From an uncultured Planctomycetota bacterium (GTDB lineage: Bacteria; Planctomycetota; PLA2; JAEUHO01), in the NCBI GenBank assembly GCA_963752285.1, contig CAVVXN010000001.1, forward strand, positions 608,001 to 672,000: DNA of 64,000 nt, in the 5' to 3' direction. The translations under genes were made by a program, and so were the position numbers. The notes under the pieces are model-generated. The model did no database searches, had not been told where the DNA came from, and worked only from the letters and a program-made list of their open reading frames with translations. Below, one piece after another: positions 9,741 through 18,649 of this stretch. The first letter of the stretch is position 1, and every line of letters starts with the position of its first letter.

Positions 9741-11297
9741 ATGACGGAGGGCTCGCGGCGCTTCGCGTTCCTGGGGGTCGTGGCGCTGCTCCTCGCCTCG
9801 ACGTACGTTCGCGGCGGCGACCTCGACCCCACCGCGCGCGACCAGGTCCAAGACCTCACGCTCGCCATCCGGATCCGCGAGGGCGGGCCCGTGTCCGACG
9901 GGAACCGCCACCCGCTCCTCCCGCTCCTCCTCTCGCCGATTGCGCGGCCCGACCCCGCGTTCTTCGTAGACGCGCGCCTCGTGTCGATCGTGATCGCCGG
10001 CCTCGCGATGCTCGCGCTCTACGGCGCCGCGCGGTCCACGTACGGACCCTGGGTGTCGCTCGTCGCGGGGCTGCTCTTCTGGATCGAGCTCCGCTTCCAG
10101 GCCCGGCGCATCTGTCCCGAGCCGCTCGCCGCGCTCTTCCTCGTCGTGTCGGTGGCGATCCTCGCGCGCGCGGGCAGGTCGCGACGCCCCGGACGGACCG
10201 CGTTCCTCGCGGGTGCGGCCCTCGGCCTCGCCTGGCTCGCGAAGGGAACGGTCGTCCTGTCCCTCGCCGCGGGGCTCCTGTGGCTCGGGCTCCGGCTGCG
10301 GCGCCGCGCGGTCCGTCCCGCCCTGGGGCTCCTGGCGGGCGTGCTCCTCACCGGTTCGGTGCTGGTCGTTCACAACGTCTCGCACGGCCTCTGGCCGCTC
10401 GCGAACGCGAACTCCGACCACGTGATGTGGGAGGACCGCTGGGACCAGGACCTCGACGAGACCTCGACCGCGACGCTCACGAGCTACTTCGCGACGCACG
10501 ACGCGAAGGACGCGCTCACGCGCCTCGGTCGCGGGCTCGGGGACCAGAAGGCCGTCGAGTGGGTCTACCTGTTCCTGGGACTCGTCCTCGTGACGTCGTT
10601 CGTTCGCCGGGGGACGGCGGCCGGGGCGGAGCCGGGACCGCGCCGCGCGTGGCTCGAGATCGCGCTCCTCTCGTCGTTCGTCTGGCTCCCGCCCATGGCC
10701 TGGTACGCGCCGATCGCGAGGAGCCGGCGGTTCCTCTTCCCCCTCGTCGCGGTCCTCCTGCCGCCGGCCGTGGACCGCCTCGGCCGGCTCGTGCCCGAGG
10801 GCCTCGGCCGCGCGGTCCGTGGGCGGGACGGCCCGCGCGCCCGTCGCGCGGTCGTGGCCGTCGGGACCGTGGCCCTCGCTCTCGCGGGCCTCCTGGTCGT
10901 CCGCCACGGCGACCCGTGGCGGGAGTCGCACGTGGACCCGCCCGCCCTCGCGCTGGTCGCCCGCCTCGCCGGGCCCGGGACCCGCGGCGAGACCATCCTC
11001 GCCAAGCCCTCGCGGACGCTCCCTCCCGACTGGCTGCTGCCCGGCGACACGAGGTTCCTCGCGCTGCCGCTCGCGATCGACGACGCGAGCGCGTGGGCGT
11101 GGGTCCGCGACCGCGCGGCCTACGTCCTCCTGAGCCCCGGACTCCTCGCCGCGCGGCCGGACCTCCTCTCCCCGATCGCGACCGAGACCTCGGACGGCGC
11201 CCTCGCCGTGGGGACGCTCCCGTCCTGGCTCGCCCTGGCGTGGCGGGAGCCCTCGGGGCGATACGTCCTCCTCCGGGTCGAGCCCCCCGGGGGATAG
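9741..11297 (+). CDS. GT-C superfamily (GT39/PMT-like) integral membrane glycosyltransferase
   Basis: Multi-TM; acidic loop DQVQD, RHPLLPLLL, PEPL, GLAWLAK, RRFLFP. Confidence 0.65.
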   Translation: MTEGSRRFAFLGVVALLLASTYVRGGDLDPTARDQVQDLTLAIRIREGGPVSDGNRHPLLPLLLSPIARPDPAFFVDARLVSIVIAGLAMLALYGAARSTYGPWVSLVAGLLFWIELRFQARRICPEPLAALFLVVSVAILARAGRSRRPGRTAFLAGAALGLAWLAKGTVVLSLAAGLLWLGLRLRRRAVRPALGLLAGVLLTGSVLVVHNVSHGLWPLANANSDHVMWEDRWDQDLDETSTATLTSYFATHDAKDALTRLGRGLGDQKAVEWVYLFLGLVLVTSFVRRGTAAGAEPGPRRAWLEIALLSSFVWLPPMAWYAPIARSRRFLFPLVAVLLPPAVDRLGRLVPEGLGRAVRGRDGPRARRAVVAVGTVALALAGLLVVRHGDPWRESHVDPPALALVARLAGPGTRGETILAKPSRTLPPDWLLPGDTRFLALPLAIDDASAWAWVRDRAAYVLLSPGLLAARPDLLSPIATETSDGALAVGTLPSWLALAWREPSGRYVLLRVEPPGG

Positions 11298-11374
11298 CCG
11301 GGCGACCGCGCGCGCGCCGATCGGATACCCTCGGCGCCCCGACCGGGCCGGTCGGCGGGACGGAGGCGGGTTCG

Positions 11375-13414
11375 ATGTGCGGGATCGCCGGGATCGTGGG
11401 ACCCGCCGCGCGCGCGCCGGGCGCGGCCGCGGTCCTCGCGGCGATGCTCGAGTCGCTCCGCCACCGCGGGCCCGACGACGTCCACCAGGTCCGCGCCGGG
11501 GACGCGCTCCTCGGCGCGCGCCGCCTGTCGATCGTGGACCTCGCGGGGGGCCGTCAGCCCTTCGCGTCGGAGCGGGGCGACGTGGTCGCGTGCCTGAACG
11601 GCGAGCTCTACGACCACGACGCCCTCCGCCGGGACCTCGAGGCGCGGGGGCACCGGTTCCGCACGCGCGCCGACACCGAGGTCCTCCTCCGCCTCTACCT
11701 CGAGGAGGGCGTCCGGGCCCTCGACCGGCTGGAGGGCATGTACGCGCTCGGCGTCTTCGACCAGCGCCAGGATCTCCTCCTCCTGGCCCGGGACCGGATG
11801 GGGGAGAAGCCGCTCTGCTACGCCTCCGACGGCCCGAGCCTTCGCTTCGCCTCGGAGTGGCGGGGCCTCGCCGCGGGACTCGACCGGCCTCTCGGCCTCG
11901 ACCCGGACGCGGTCGCGCTCTACCTCCAGCACCGGTTCGTGCCCTCGCCGCGGACGCTGGTGCGGGGCGTCTTCCGCCTCGCGCCCGGCGAGCGTCTCCT
12001 CTGGCGCGCGGGACGCGTGGACGTCCGTCGCTACTGGACCCTCCCCGCGCCGCCGCGCGCGCCGGGCCCGGGTCGGGCCGTTCCCGCCGACGCCGTGCGT
12101 CGCGTGCGCTCGCTCCTCGATCGCGCCGTCGAGAGTCGCCTCGGCGCCGACGTGCCGGTGGGGGTGTTCCTCTCGGGGGGCATCGACTCGGGCGCGCTCG
12201 CGGCGATCGCGGCGCGCCGGGGGCCGATCGAGACGTTCACGCTCCGACCCGAGGCGTCCGACTTCGACGAGGGCCGGGTCGCGGCGCGCGCGGCGCGGCG
12301 CGCGGGCGCGACGCACCACGAGGTGCGGGTCGGCGCGGCCGAGCTCGACCGGGCGTACGACGCGGTCTTCGACGCGATCGACGAGCCGATCGGCGACGCC
12401 TCGCTCGTCCCGACCTGGCTCCTCGCGAGGGCCGCGCGCCAGCACGTGAAGGTCGTCCTCTCGGGCGAGGGCGCGGACGAGCTCTTCGGCGGGTACCCGA
12501 CGTATCCCGGCGCGCGCCTCGCGCCCCGTCTCGCGCGGGGGCCGCTCCGTGCGACGCTCCGTCTCGCGCTTTGCGCGGCGGGGGGCGGCGCCTTCGGGAA
12601 CGTCGCGACGCCCTGGCTCGTCCGCCGGCTGCTCGAGGGCGCGCCGCTCGGCTGGCTCGAACGCCATCTCGCGTGGACGGGCGCGTTCTCGGCGGTCGAT
12701 CAGCACGCGCTCTGGCGCCCCGAGGCGCGTCCGGCGCTCGTCGGCGAGGACCTGCTGTCCGTGGCCGCCGAAGCCGCGCGTCCCGCCGTCGGGACCGGCG
12801 ACGTCGTGGACGCGCTCCTCCGCGTGGACCTCCGGCTCGCGCTCCCCGACGCGCTCCTCGCGAAGGTCGATCGCGCGACGATGCACGCGGGTCTCGAGGC
12901 GCGCGCGCCCTTCCTCGAGCGCCGGCTCGTCGAGACCGCCGCGGCGATGCCCGCGCGGTGGAAGGTCCGCGGCATCGCGACGAAGGTGGTGCTGAAGCGC
13001 GCGCTCGCGGGGCTCCTCCCGCGGGAGGCGCTCGCGCGGCGCAAGCGGGGCTTCCAGGTGCCCGTGTCGCGGGCGTTCGCGGCGGGCCTCGGCGACCGCC
13101 TGCGGGACCGCCTCGGGCCGCGCGGTCCCGCCGCGGACCTCTTCTCGGCCGACCTCCCGCTCCGCCTCCTCGACGCGCACCGTCGAGGCCGCGCGGACCA
13201 CGGCCGGCGCCTCTACGCGCTCCTCGCGCTGCTCGAGTGGATCGACCGCTGGCTCGCGCCGCCGCGGTGCCGCGCCGCTCCCCCCGCGCATCAGTCGGCG
13301 GCGCCGCTCCGCGCGCCGCGGCCCGGGGCGAGGGCGGCGCCGAGCCCGCCGATCACCGTCGTGAGCGCGAGGAGCACGGTGAGCACCGGGACGGGGCGGT
13401 CGCCCGCCGCGTAG
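11375..13414 (+). CDS. asnB: Asparagine synthase (glutamine-hydrolysing) family amidotransferase
   Basis: MCGIAG N-terminal Cys, HRGPD, RRLSIVD, NGELY, LSGGIDS, LSGEGADELFGGY, KVDRATM. Confidence 0.92.
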   Translation: MCGIAGIVGPAARAPGAAAVLAAMLESLRHRGPDDVHQVRAGDALLGARRLSIVDLAGGRQPFASERGDVVACLNGELYDHDALRRDLEARGHRFRTRADTEVLLRLYLEEGVRALDRLEGMYALGVFDQRQDLLLLARDRMGEKPLCYASDGPSLRFASEWRGLAAGLDRPLGLDPDAVALYLQHRFVPSPRTLVRGVFRLAPGERLLWRAGRVDVRRYWTLPAPPRAPGPGRAVPADAVRRVRSLLDRAVESRLGADVPVGVFLSGGIDSGALAAIAARRGPIETFTLRPEASDFDEGRVAARAARRAGATHHEVRVGAAELDRAYDAVFDAIDEPIGDASLVPTWLLARAARQHVKVVLSGEGADELFGGYPTYPGARLAPRLARGPLRATLRLALCAAGGGAFGNVATPWLVRRLLEGAPLGWLERHLAWTGAFSAVDQHALWRPEARPALVGEDLLSVAAEAARPAVGTGDVVDALLRVDLRLALPDALLAKVDRATMHAGLEARAPFLERRLVETAAAMPARWKVRGIATKVVLKRALAGLLPREALARRKRGFQVPVSRAFAAGLGDRLRDRLGPRGPAADLFSADLPLRLLDAHRRGRADHGRRLYALLALLEWIDRWLAPPRCRAAPPAHQSAAPLRAPRPGARAAPSPPITVVSARSTVSTGTGRSPAA

Positions 13415-14466
13415 GACGCCTCGTCGCGAAACACGAGGAGCCGGTCCCACGCGGGCGACACCTCGTCCTGCCGCGCGAGGTCCACCCGGGTCACCGTGAC
13501 GTCGTCGCCGATCTCGACCCAGACGTAGTGATAGGCCTCGTCCGACTCCGGACGGGCGCCCGCGCCGCCCGTCGTGACCTGCCGGGTCCGGCCGTGCTGC
13601 TGCACGTCGAACCCGTGGTAGTGCGACGCGAAGACCTGGATCCCCTCCCGCTCGACGAGCGCACGAAGGCGTCGCGACGCGTCGTCCTCGGGCAGCGGCT
13701 TCTCGGGGTGCTCGTCCGGCTCGTAGAGCGGGTGGTGGAGGAAGAGGAGCACGTGCGCGACCGACGCGCGGCGCGCGCGCACGAGGCCTTCGAGGCGGTC
13801 CACGTCGCCCGGATCGAGCACGCCGCGCGACGAGTCGAGCCCGAGGTAGAGGACGCCCCGCCACGCGAACGACCACGACGGCGCGCCGAAGACCTTCGTG
13901 TACGGACCGAGCGTTCCGAACGGGTCGAGGTCGTGGTTGCCCGGCACGGTGAAGGCCGGCACGCCCGTCGCCGCGAGCTTGTCCGCGAGGATCTGGAACT
14001 GGTACGTCCGCGCCATACCCACGAGGTCGCCGAGCCCGATCGTCATGTCGGGACGGCGCCGCTCGACCTCGCAAAGCAGGCGGGCGAGCACGGTCATGCC
14101 CCCGCGGCAGTCGCCCCAGACGAGGAGGCGGGTCGGCGCGCCGCGTGGCCGGACGTCCGCGGGCGGCAGGCGTCCCGCGTCCGGCGGCGGGAGCGGTCGG
14201 GGCGCCGGGCCCGCCGCCCGGTGCTCGCCGCGGAGCGCATGGTGGAGCGCCATCGCCACCCCGAGACCCGCGGCGAGGCCGAGCCCGACGGCCAAGAGGG
14301 CGAGACGCCGGCGGGCGCACAAGACGAGGAACGCGCCGCTCGACGCGGCGAGGAGCGCCGCCACGACGAACCCGTCCTCCCCCTTCGCGAGGCCCCAGCC
14401 GGCGAGGCCGGTCCCGACCAGCGCGAGCGCGGCGCCGAAGGCGCGACGGGGGACGGCGGCGCTCAC
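13291..14466 (-). CDS. Membrane-anchored metallophosphoesterase (calcineurin-like)
   Basis: GDCR, GDLV, PGNHD, HHP, SHYH motifs; N-terminal TMs; GTG overlaps upstream TGA. Confidence 0.8.
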   Translation of the reverse strand: MSAAVPRRAFGAALALVGTGLAGWGLAKGEDGFVVAALLAASSGAFLVLCARRRLALLAVGLGLAAGLGVAMALHHALRGEHRAAGPAPRPLPPPDAGRLPPADVRPRGAPTRLLVWGDCRGGMTVLARLLCEVERRRPDMTIGLGDLVGMARTYQFQILADKLAATGVPAFTVPGNHDLDPFGTLGPYTKVFGAPSWSFAWRGVLYLGLDSSRGVLDPGDVDRLEGLVRARRASVAHVLLFLHHPLYEPDEHPEKPLPEDDASRRLRALVEREGIQVFASHYHGFDVQQHGRTRQVTTGGAGARPESDEAYHYVWVEIGDDVTVTRVDLARQDEVSPAWDRLLVFRDEASYAAGDRPVPVLTVLLALTTVIGGLGAALAPGRGARSGAAD

Positions 14467-16049
14467 GAGCGGTCGGCTCCCGCGGCGTTCGCGACGAGCA
14501 CGACCCACCGGTTCTTCTTCTGGAAGGACGGGTCCTGGTCGAGCACGGTCGCGACGCCCTCGAGATCCTTCACCTCGGGCTCGAACACGAGGGCATACCG
14601 CGCGCCGGGTCCCTCGAGGAACGACCGGACGTCGGCGCCCGTCGCGAGCGTGACCGTTCGACCGAGGTACCAGAGGTGGTCGGAGTGGCTCCCGAACACG
14701 CTCGACGCGAGGGGCACGGTGGCGGGCACGCGCCGCGCGACGCGTTCGAGGAACCGCCGCGCGCTCATCGCGTCGTTGAGCGCGGGCGCGCCGTGACCGA
14801 CCGCGAACGCGTCGAGGACCACCACGGCCGCGACGAGGACGGGGAACGCGCGCGCGGCCGCGCCGCGCCACGCCGAGATCGCGCCCCACGCCGCCGGCGC
14901 CGCGATCGCGAGCCCGACCAGCGCGGCGAAGGGCCACGTGGGCCAGCCGGGGAGCGTTTCGGCGAGCGCCGGCGAGATCAGGACGGCGCCGCCCGCGAGG
15001 AGCAGCACGACGCCCGATACGGCGAGCGCGCGGCCCGCGACCGCGGGCGCCTCGGCGAGCGCGCGGTCCAGCCACGCGCCGGCGAGCACGGCGCCCATCG
15101 GGAAGATCGGGATGAGGTAGTGGGTCTGCTTCGCGTGCACGGCCGACATCACGAGGAAGGTCGTGACGAACGCCACGGCGGGGAGGCGCAGCCGACGCGT
15201 CGCGACGGGGTCCCGGCCGGCGCGGAACGCGAACACGAGCCCCAGCACGACGAGCGGCGTCCAGGGGAGGGCGTTCAGCGGGTACTGCCAGAGGTAGTAG
15301 AACGGATCGCGCAGGTGTCCGACGTTGTCGCCGCGGGCGTACGACACGAAGGTGTCGAGGGCGGCACGGTCCCGGAGCACGACGGCGAGGTACCAGGGGA
15401 GCCCGACGGCGGCGACGAAAGGGAGCGTTCCGAGGAAGGCCGGCCGGAGGAGCGCACGCCCCCGGCCGGTTGCGACGGCGTAGGCGACCGCGCCGGGCAG
15501 CACGAGCAGGAGGGCCACGGGGCCCTTCACCGCGAACGCGAACCCGAGCGCCGCGGCGAAGAGCGCGAACGCGCGCGCGCGCTTCGCCCCGCCCTCGGCG
15601 TCGAGCGCCTGCCCGAAGGCGAGATACGCGCCCACGACGCCGAGCGCGAGGAGCGTCTCGAGCTCGGCGAGCCGCGCCTGCCAGAGGAACCGGGCCTGGG
15701 TCAGGAGCAGCAGGACCGCGAAGAGGCCCGCCCGCCGGCCCCGGACGCGCGAGGCGAGGTGAAACGTCACGATCAGGATCCCGAGCGTCGCCAGGACGCT
15801 CGGGAGGCGGGCGGCCCACTCGGTCTCCCCGCCGGTCACGGCGAACGAGGCGGCGACGAGCCACGCGTAGAGCGGCGGCTTCGTGAGGTCCACGTCGCCG
15901 TTCGTGTACTGCACCAGGAAGTCGCCCTGCTGGCGCATCTCCCGCGCGCTCTCGGGCGGGCGTCCCTCGCTCGCGTCCCAGAGGTCCTTCGACCCGAGGT
16001 GGTACACGAGGAGGAAGAGCGCGACGGCGAGGAGCAGTCCGGCCCGCAA
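14463..16049 (-). CDS. ArnT/GT83-like (GT-C) glycosyltransferase
   Basis: LWDASEGR, TKPPLYAW, ARLPS, VKGPV, KQTHYLIP; TTG start behind GGAGG (start inferred). Confidence 0.85.
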   Translation of the reverse strand: MRAGLLLAVALFLLVYHLGSKDLWDASEGRPPESAREMRQQGDFLVQYTNGDVDLTKPPLYAWLVAASFAVTGGETEWAARLPSVLATLGILIVTFHLASRVRGRRAGLFAVLLLLTQARFLWQARLAELETLLALGVVGAYLAFGQALDAEGGAKRARAFALFAAALGFAFAVKGPVALLLVLPGAVAYAVATGRGRALLRPAFLGTLPFVAAVGLPWYLAVVLRDRAALDTFVSYARGDNVGHLRDPFYYLWQYPLNALPWTPLVVLGLVFAFRAGRDPVATRRLRLPAVAFVTTFLVMSAVHAKQTHYLIPIFPMGAVLAGAWLDRALAEAPAVAGRALAVSGVVLLLAGGAVLISPALAETLPGWPTWPFAALVGLAIAAPAAWGAISAWRGAAARAFPVLVAAVVVLDAFAVGHGAPALNDAMSARRFLERVARRVPATVPLASSVFGSHSDHLWYLGRTVTLATGADVRSFLEGPGARYALVFEPEVKDLEGVATVLDQDPSFQKKNRWVVLVANAAGADRS

Positions 16050-16259
16050 GGTCCCTCCCGGGACGCGCGGCCGGCGTGCGGCCCCGCGGGGGCCACACGA
16101 TACCGGCGCGCGTCCGGGACGTGCCGACTGCTTCGTGGCCGCCCGCATCGACCGGACCAACCCCGCCGGAGGGGCGCCCGTTCCCCCTGGCAACCGGCAG
16201 CGCGGCCCGGGCGCCGCGACGCGGCTTCGCCGCGGGGCGACGGGGCGTGCGACCCTCCC

Positions 16260-16595
16260 TCAGACGGGGGCGGTCGCGCACGCCCGGCAGAGCAGGGACT
16301 CCGGCTTCACCTCGAGTCGCTCCGCTCCGATGGGGGCGTTGCACGTGGCGCAGAGCCCGTACGTACCCTGGACCATCCTCCGGAGCGCCTCCTGCACCTG
16401 CTGGCGTTCACAGGCGAGGTGGAGGATCTCCTGCGTGACCGCCTTCGCCGCGAGCCGCTGGGGCGCCCGCGGGCGTACGAAGGGGCCGGGAGGGTCGTCG
16501 TCCAGGTCGCGCTCGACCAGCATCAGTCTCCGGTCGAGCGCGCCCCAGAGCTCGAGCAGCGCCGCGCGGTGCACCTGAAGTCGCCCTGCGTCCAT
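16260..16595 (-). CDS. TraR/DksA C4 zinc-finger protein
   Basis: ALRRMVQGTYGLCATC...RLEVKPESLLCRAC. Confidence 0.8.
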   Translation of the reverse strand: MDAGRLQVHRAALLELWGALDRRLMLVERDLDDDPPGPFVRPRAPQRLAAKAVTQEILHLACERQQVQEALRRMVQGTYGLCATCNAPIGAERLEVKPESLLCRACATAPV

Positions 16596-16890
16596 CCGTC
16601 AGACGCTCCCTGCCACCGAGTCCCGGCCGTGCCGGGCATCCCTGTCTCGCCGCGCCGGACCCGGCGGGATGCGACGTCGGATCAAATCGCGTTCCGCGAA
16701 GATTGTCGATTTGTGAATCGCGCCCGACTCGCGCCCGGGGGGCGACGTTCACCCCGCAGGACGTCTCGGGCGGCATTCCGTGCCGGCATCTTTGCGCAAC
16801 CTGCAGAAACGCCGGCAATTCCGGCAGACGACGCGACGGCTGAGACCGTTCACCTGCCGAACATCGCACTGCGTGCCTCCCGAGCGGCCG

Positions 16891-17283
16891 TCACGTCAGC
16901 GGGCTCTGCAGCACCACCGTCCCGGCGGCGTCCCGGAGGACGATGGGCAGGAAGGCGGTCTGGTCGCCCGACAGCTCGAAGTCCGCCTCCCCCTTGCGGG
17001 ACTTCGCGACGGTGAGCGTCCCCGCGCGACGCTCGCCGGCCGGGGCCGAGGTCGTGAGGAACACCGCGTACGAGCCGGCCGCGAGCTCCTGGACGTCCAC
17101 GTGGAGGCGCGTCTCGTCCTCCTTCCCGACGTACTCGAGGCTCGCGTGGCCCGACGCCTTCGAGCTCTCCTTGGGCGGGGGCGCGAGGTCGATCGTCCTC
17201 TCATTGGCCGACGCCGCGGCCGCGCCGAGGATCGGCCCGGCTGCCAGCGCGAGGAGGAGGGGTATCGCCGCGTGTCGTGTCAT
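16891..17283 (-). CDS. Hypothetical secreted beta-rich protein
   Basis: Signal peptide MTRHAAIPLLLALAAG...AAA; ATG overlaps upstream TGA. Confidence 0.7.
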   Translation of the reverse strand: MTRHAAIPLLLALAAGPILGAAAASANERTIDLAPPPKESSKASGHASLEYVGKEDETRLHVDVQELAAGSYAVFLTTSAPAGERRAGTLTVAKSRKGEADFELSGDQTAFLPIVLRDAAGTVVLQSPLT

Positions 17284-17657
17284 GTCGAGCTCCCTTGCTC
17301 TCGCCACTCGGATTCCTGCGCGCACTCGATGCAGAGCAGGGCTTCGGGCTTGGCTTCGAGGCGTCCGGCGGCGATGTCCTCTCCGCATCGCGCGCAGAGA
17401 CCGTAGGTACCGTCCTGGATGCGCCGCAGGGCTTCCTCTACCTGCTCCCGTTCGGTGCCGAGGTGTCGGAGCTCCTCGGCCAGCGCCTCGGCGCCCTCCT
17501 CGTCCGCATCGCCGAGGCGCATCGGCACGCGCGACGGCCTCGCGGACCGACGGCGGTCGACGAAGTCGCGCTCCACCTGCGCGAGGCGCCGCGACAGGGC
17601 CCGCGCGAGGTCGCTCAGGGCCGTCCGGCGCTCTTCCAGTCGTTTCGCGTCCATCAT
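17280..17657 (-). CDS. TraR/DksA C4 zinc-finger protein
   Basis: ALRRIQDGTYGLCARC...RLEAKPEALLCIEC. Confidence 0.85.
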   Translation of the reverse strand: MMDAKRLEERRTALSDLARALSRRLAQVERDFVDRRRSARPSRVPMRLGDADEEGAEALAEELRHLGTEREQVEEALRRIQDGTYGLCARCGEDIAAGRLEAKPEALLCIECAQESEWREQGSST

Positions 17658-17934
17658 GGCGTTCGCGTCCTCGGGGGCGACCTGCCGGGGGTCGTCCGTC
17701 CCGGTTCCGACGATCAAACGGCGTTCCTTTCGCAGGCAGGATTCGGCCGGTCCGCGGCGTGGGCGCGGCCCACGGCCTCTCCGGCGGGGTCCGTCCGGCC
17801 CGGCCCGGCCCGGCTCGGCCCGACACGGCTCGGGAGGGGCCGGGCGCTTCCCCCTCGCCGGCCTCCCGACGTCGGGTGGACGTGCGCACCCCGCGTGGCG
17901 TTTCGAGACGGCGGAGCTCGACGCGATCTCCACC

Positions 17935-18148
17935 CGCTCTCGTCCGCGCGACCGCGGACTACGTCTCCCCGCGCGTCCACGCACCCGGCGGCCCCGACCG
18001 CCCGTATCCGCGCGAGCGTTCGACGCGTCGTGCGGAACGCATCCGCCCGTGGGTGGCCGAGGGCCGTGACGTGTACGCGCGCTTCGACGACGACGGTCAC
18101 GTGCACGCCGTCCGCGACGCCGCGCGCCAGGCGAGCCACGTCGCGTAG
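17935..18148 (+). pseudogene. Degraded DUF72 C-terminal remnant
   Basis: ATADYVSPRVHAPGG...AERIRPWVAEGRDVYARFDDDGHVHAVRDA resembles the DUF72 C-terminus; no N-terminal part or credible start. Confidence 0.55.
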
Positions 18149-18205
18149 CGCCTGGCTGGAGGGCGAGGTATCGTCCCCGCGTCCATCACACGGAGGGTCG
18201 GGACG

Positions 18206-18586
18206 ATGGCGGGCCTCAAGAGCTTCTCGGAGACCGAGGGCGGCGCGAACTACGTCGTGTCCGAGGGGGACGCGACGAAGGTGGGCCAGGCGGTGGGCCT
18301 GTTGTTCGGCGGCGAGGGGTACTCGCTCGAGGAGGGAACGGCGACCTCCGGCGTATACGGCAAGGGAAGCAAGGTCGGCCGTGCGCTCCTCGGCGCGTTC
18401 GTCCGACGCTACAAGTTCCGCGTGACCATCGCGCCGCAGGCGCCGGGATCCCTCGTCACCTTGCAGAAGGCGATGAGCGGCTGGGGGGGTGGCGCGATCG
18501 CCGCCGCGGGCATGAAGTCGGAGCTCCGGCGCATGATCACGCTGCTCCACGACCGCCTCGACGCCGCGACGCCCTCGGCGACGTAG
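18206..18586 (+). CDS. Hypothetical protein
   Basis: GGAGG SD; normal codon usage and composition. Confidence 0.7.
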   Translation: MAGLKSFSETEGGANYVVSEGDATKVGQAVGLLFGGEGYSLEEGTATSGVYGKGSKVGRALLGAFVRRYKFRVTIAPQAPGSLVTLQKAMSGWGGGAIAAAGMKSELRRMITLLHDRLDAATPSAT

Positions 18587-18649
18587 CCGGGTCCGTCGCG
18601 ACCGACCGCGCTTCGCGCCCGCGTGGCGGAGGGGAATCCTGGCCCCCGG

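Noticed and set aside
16600..16890. Riboswitch (e.g. c-di-GMP) upstream of the second DksA paralog
   Set aside because: Only a GCAAAG fragment; the other conserved elements are not recognisable
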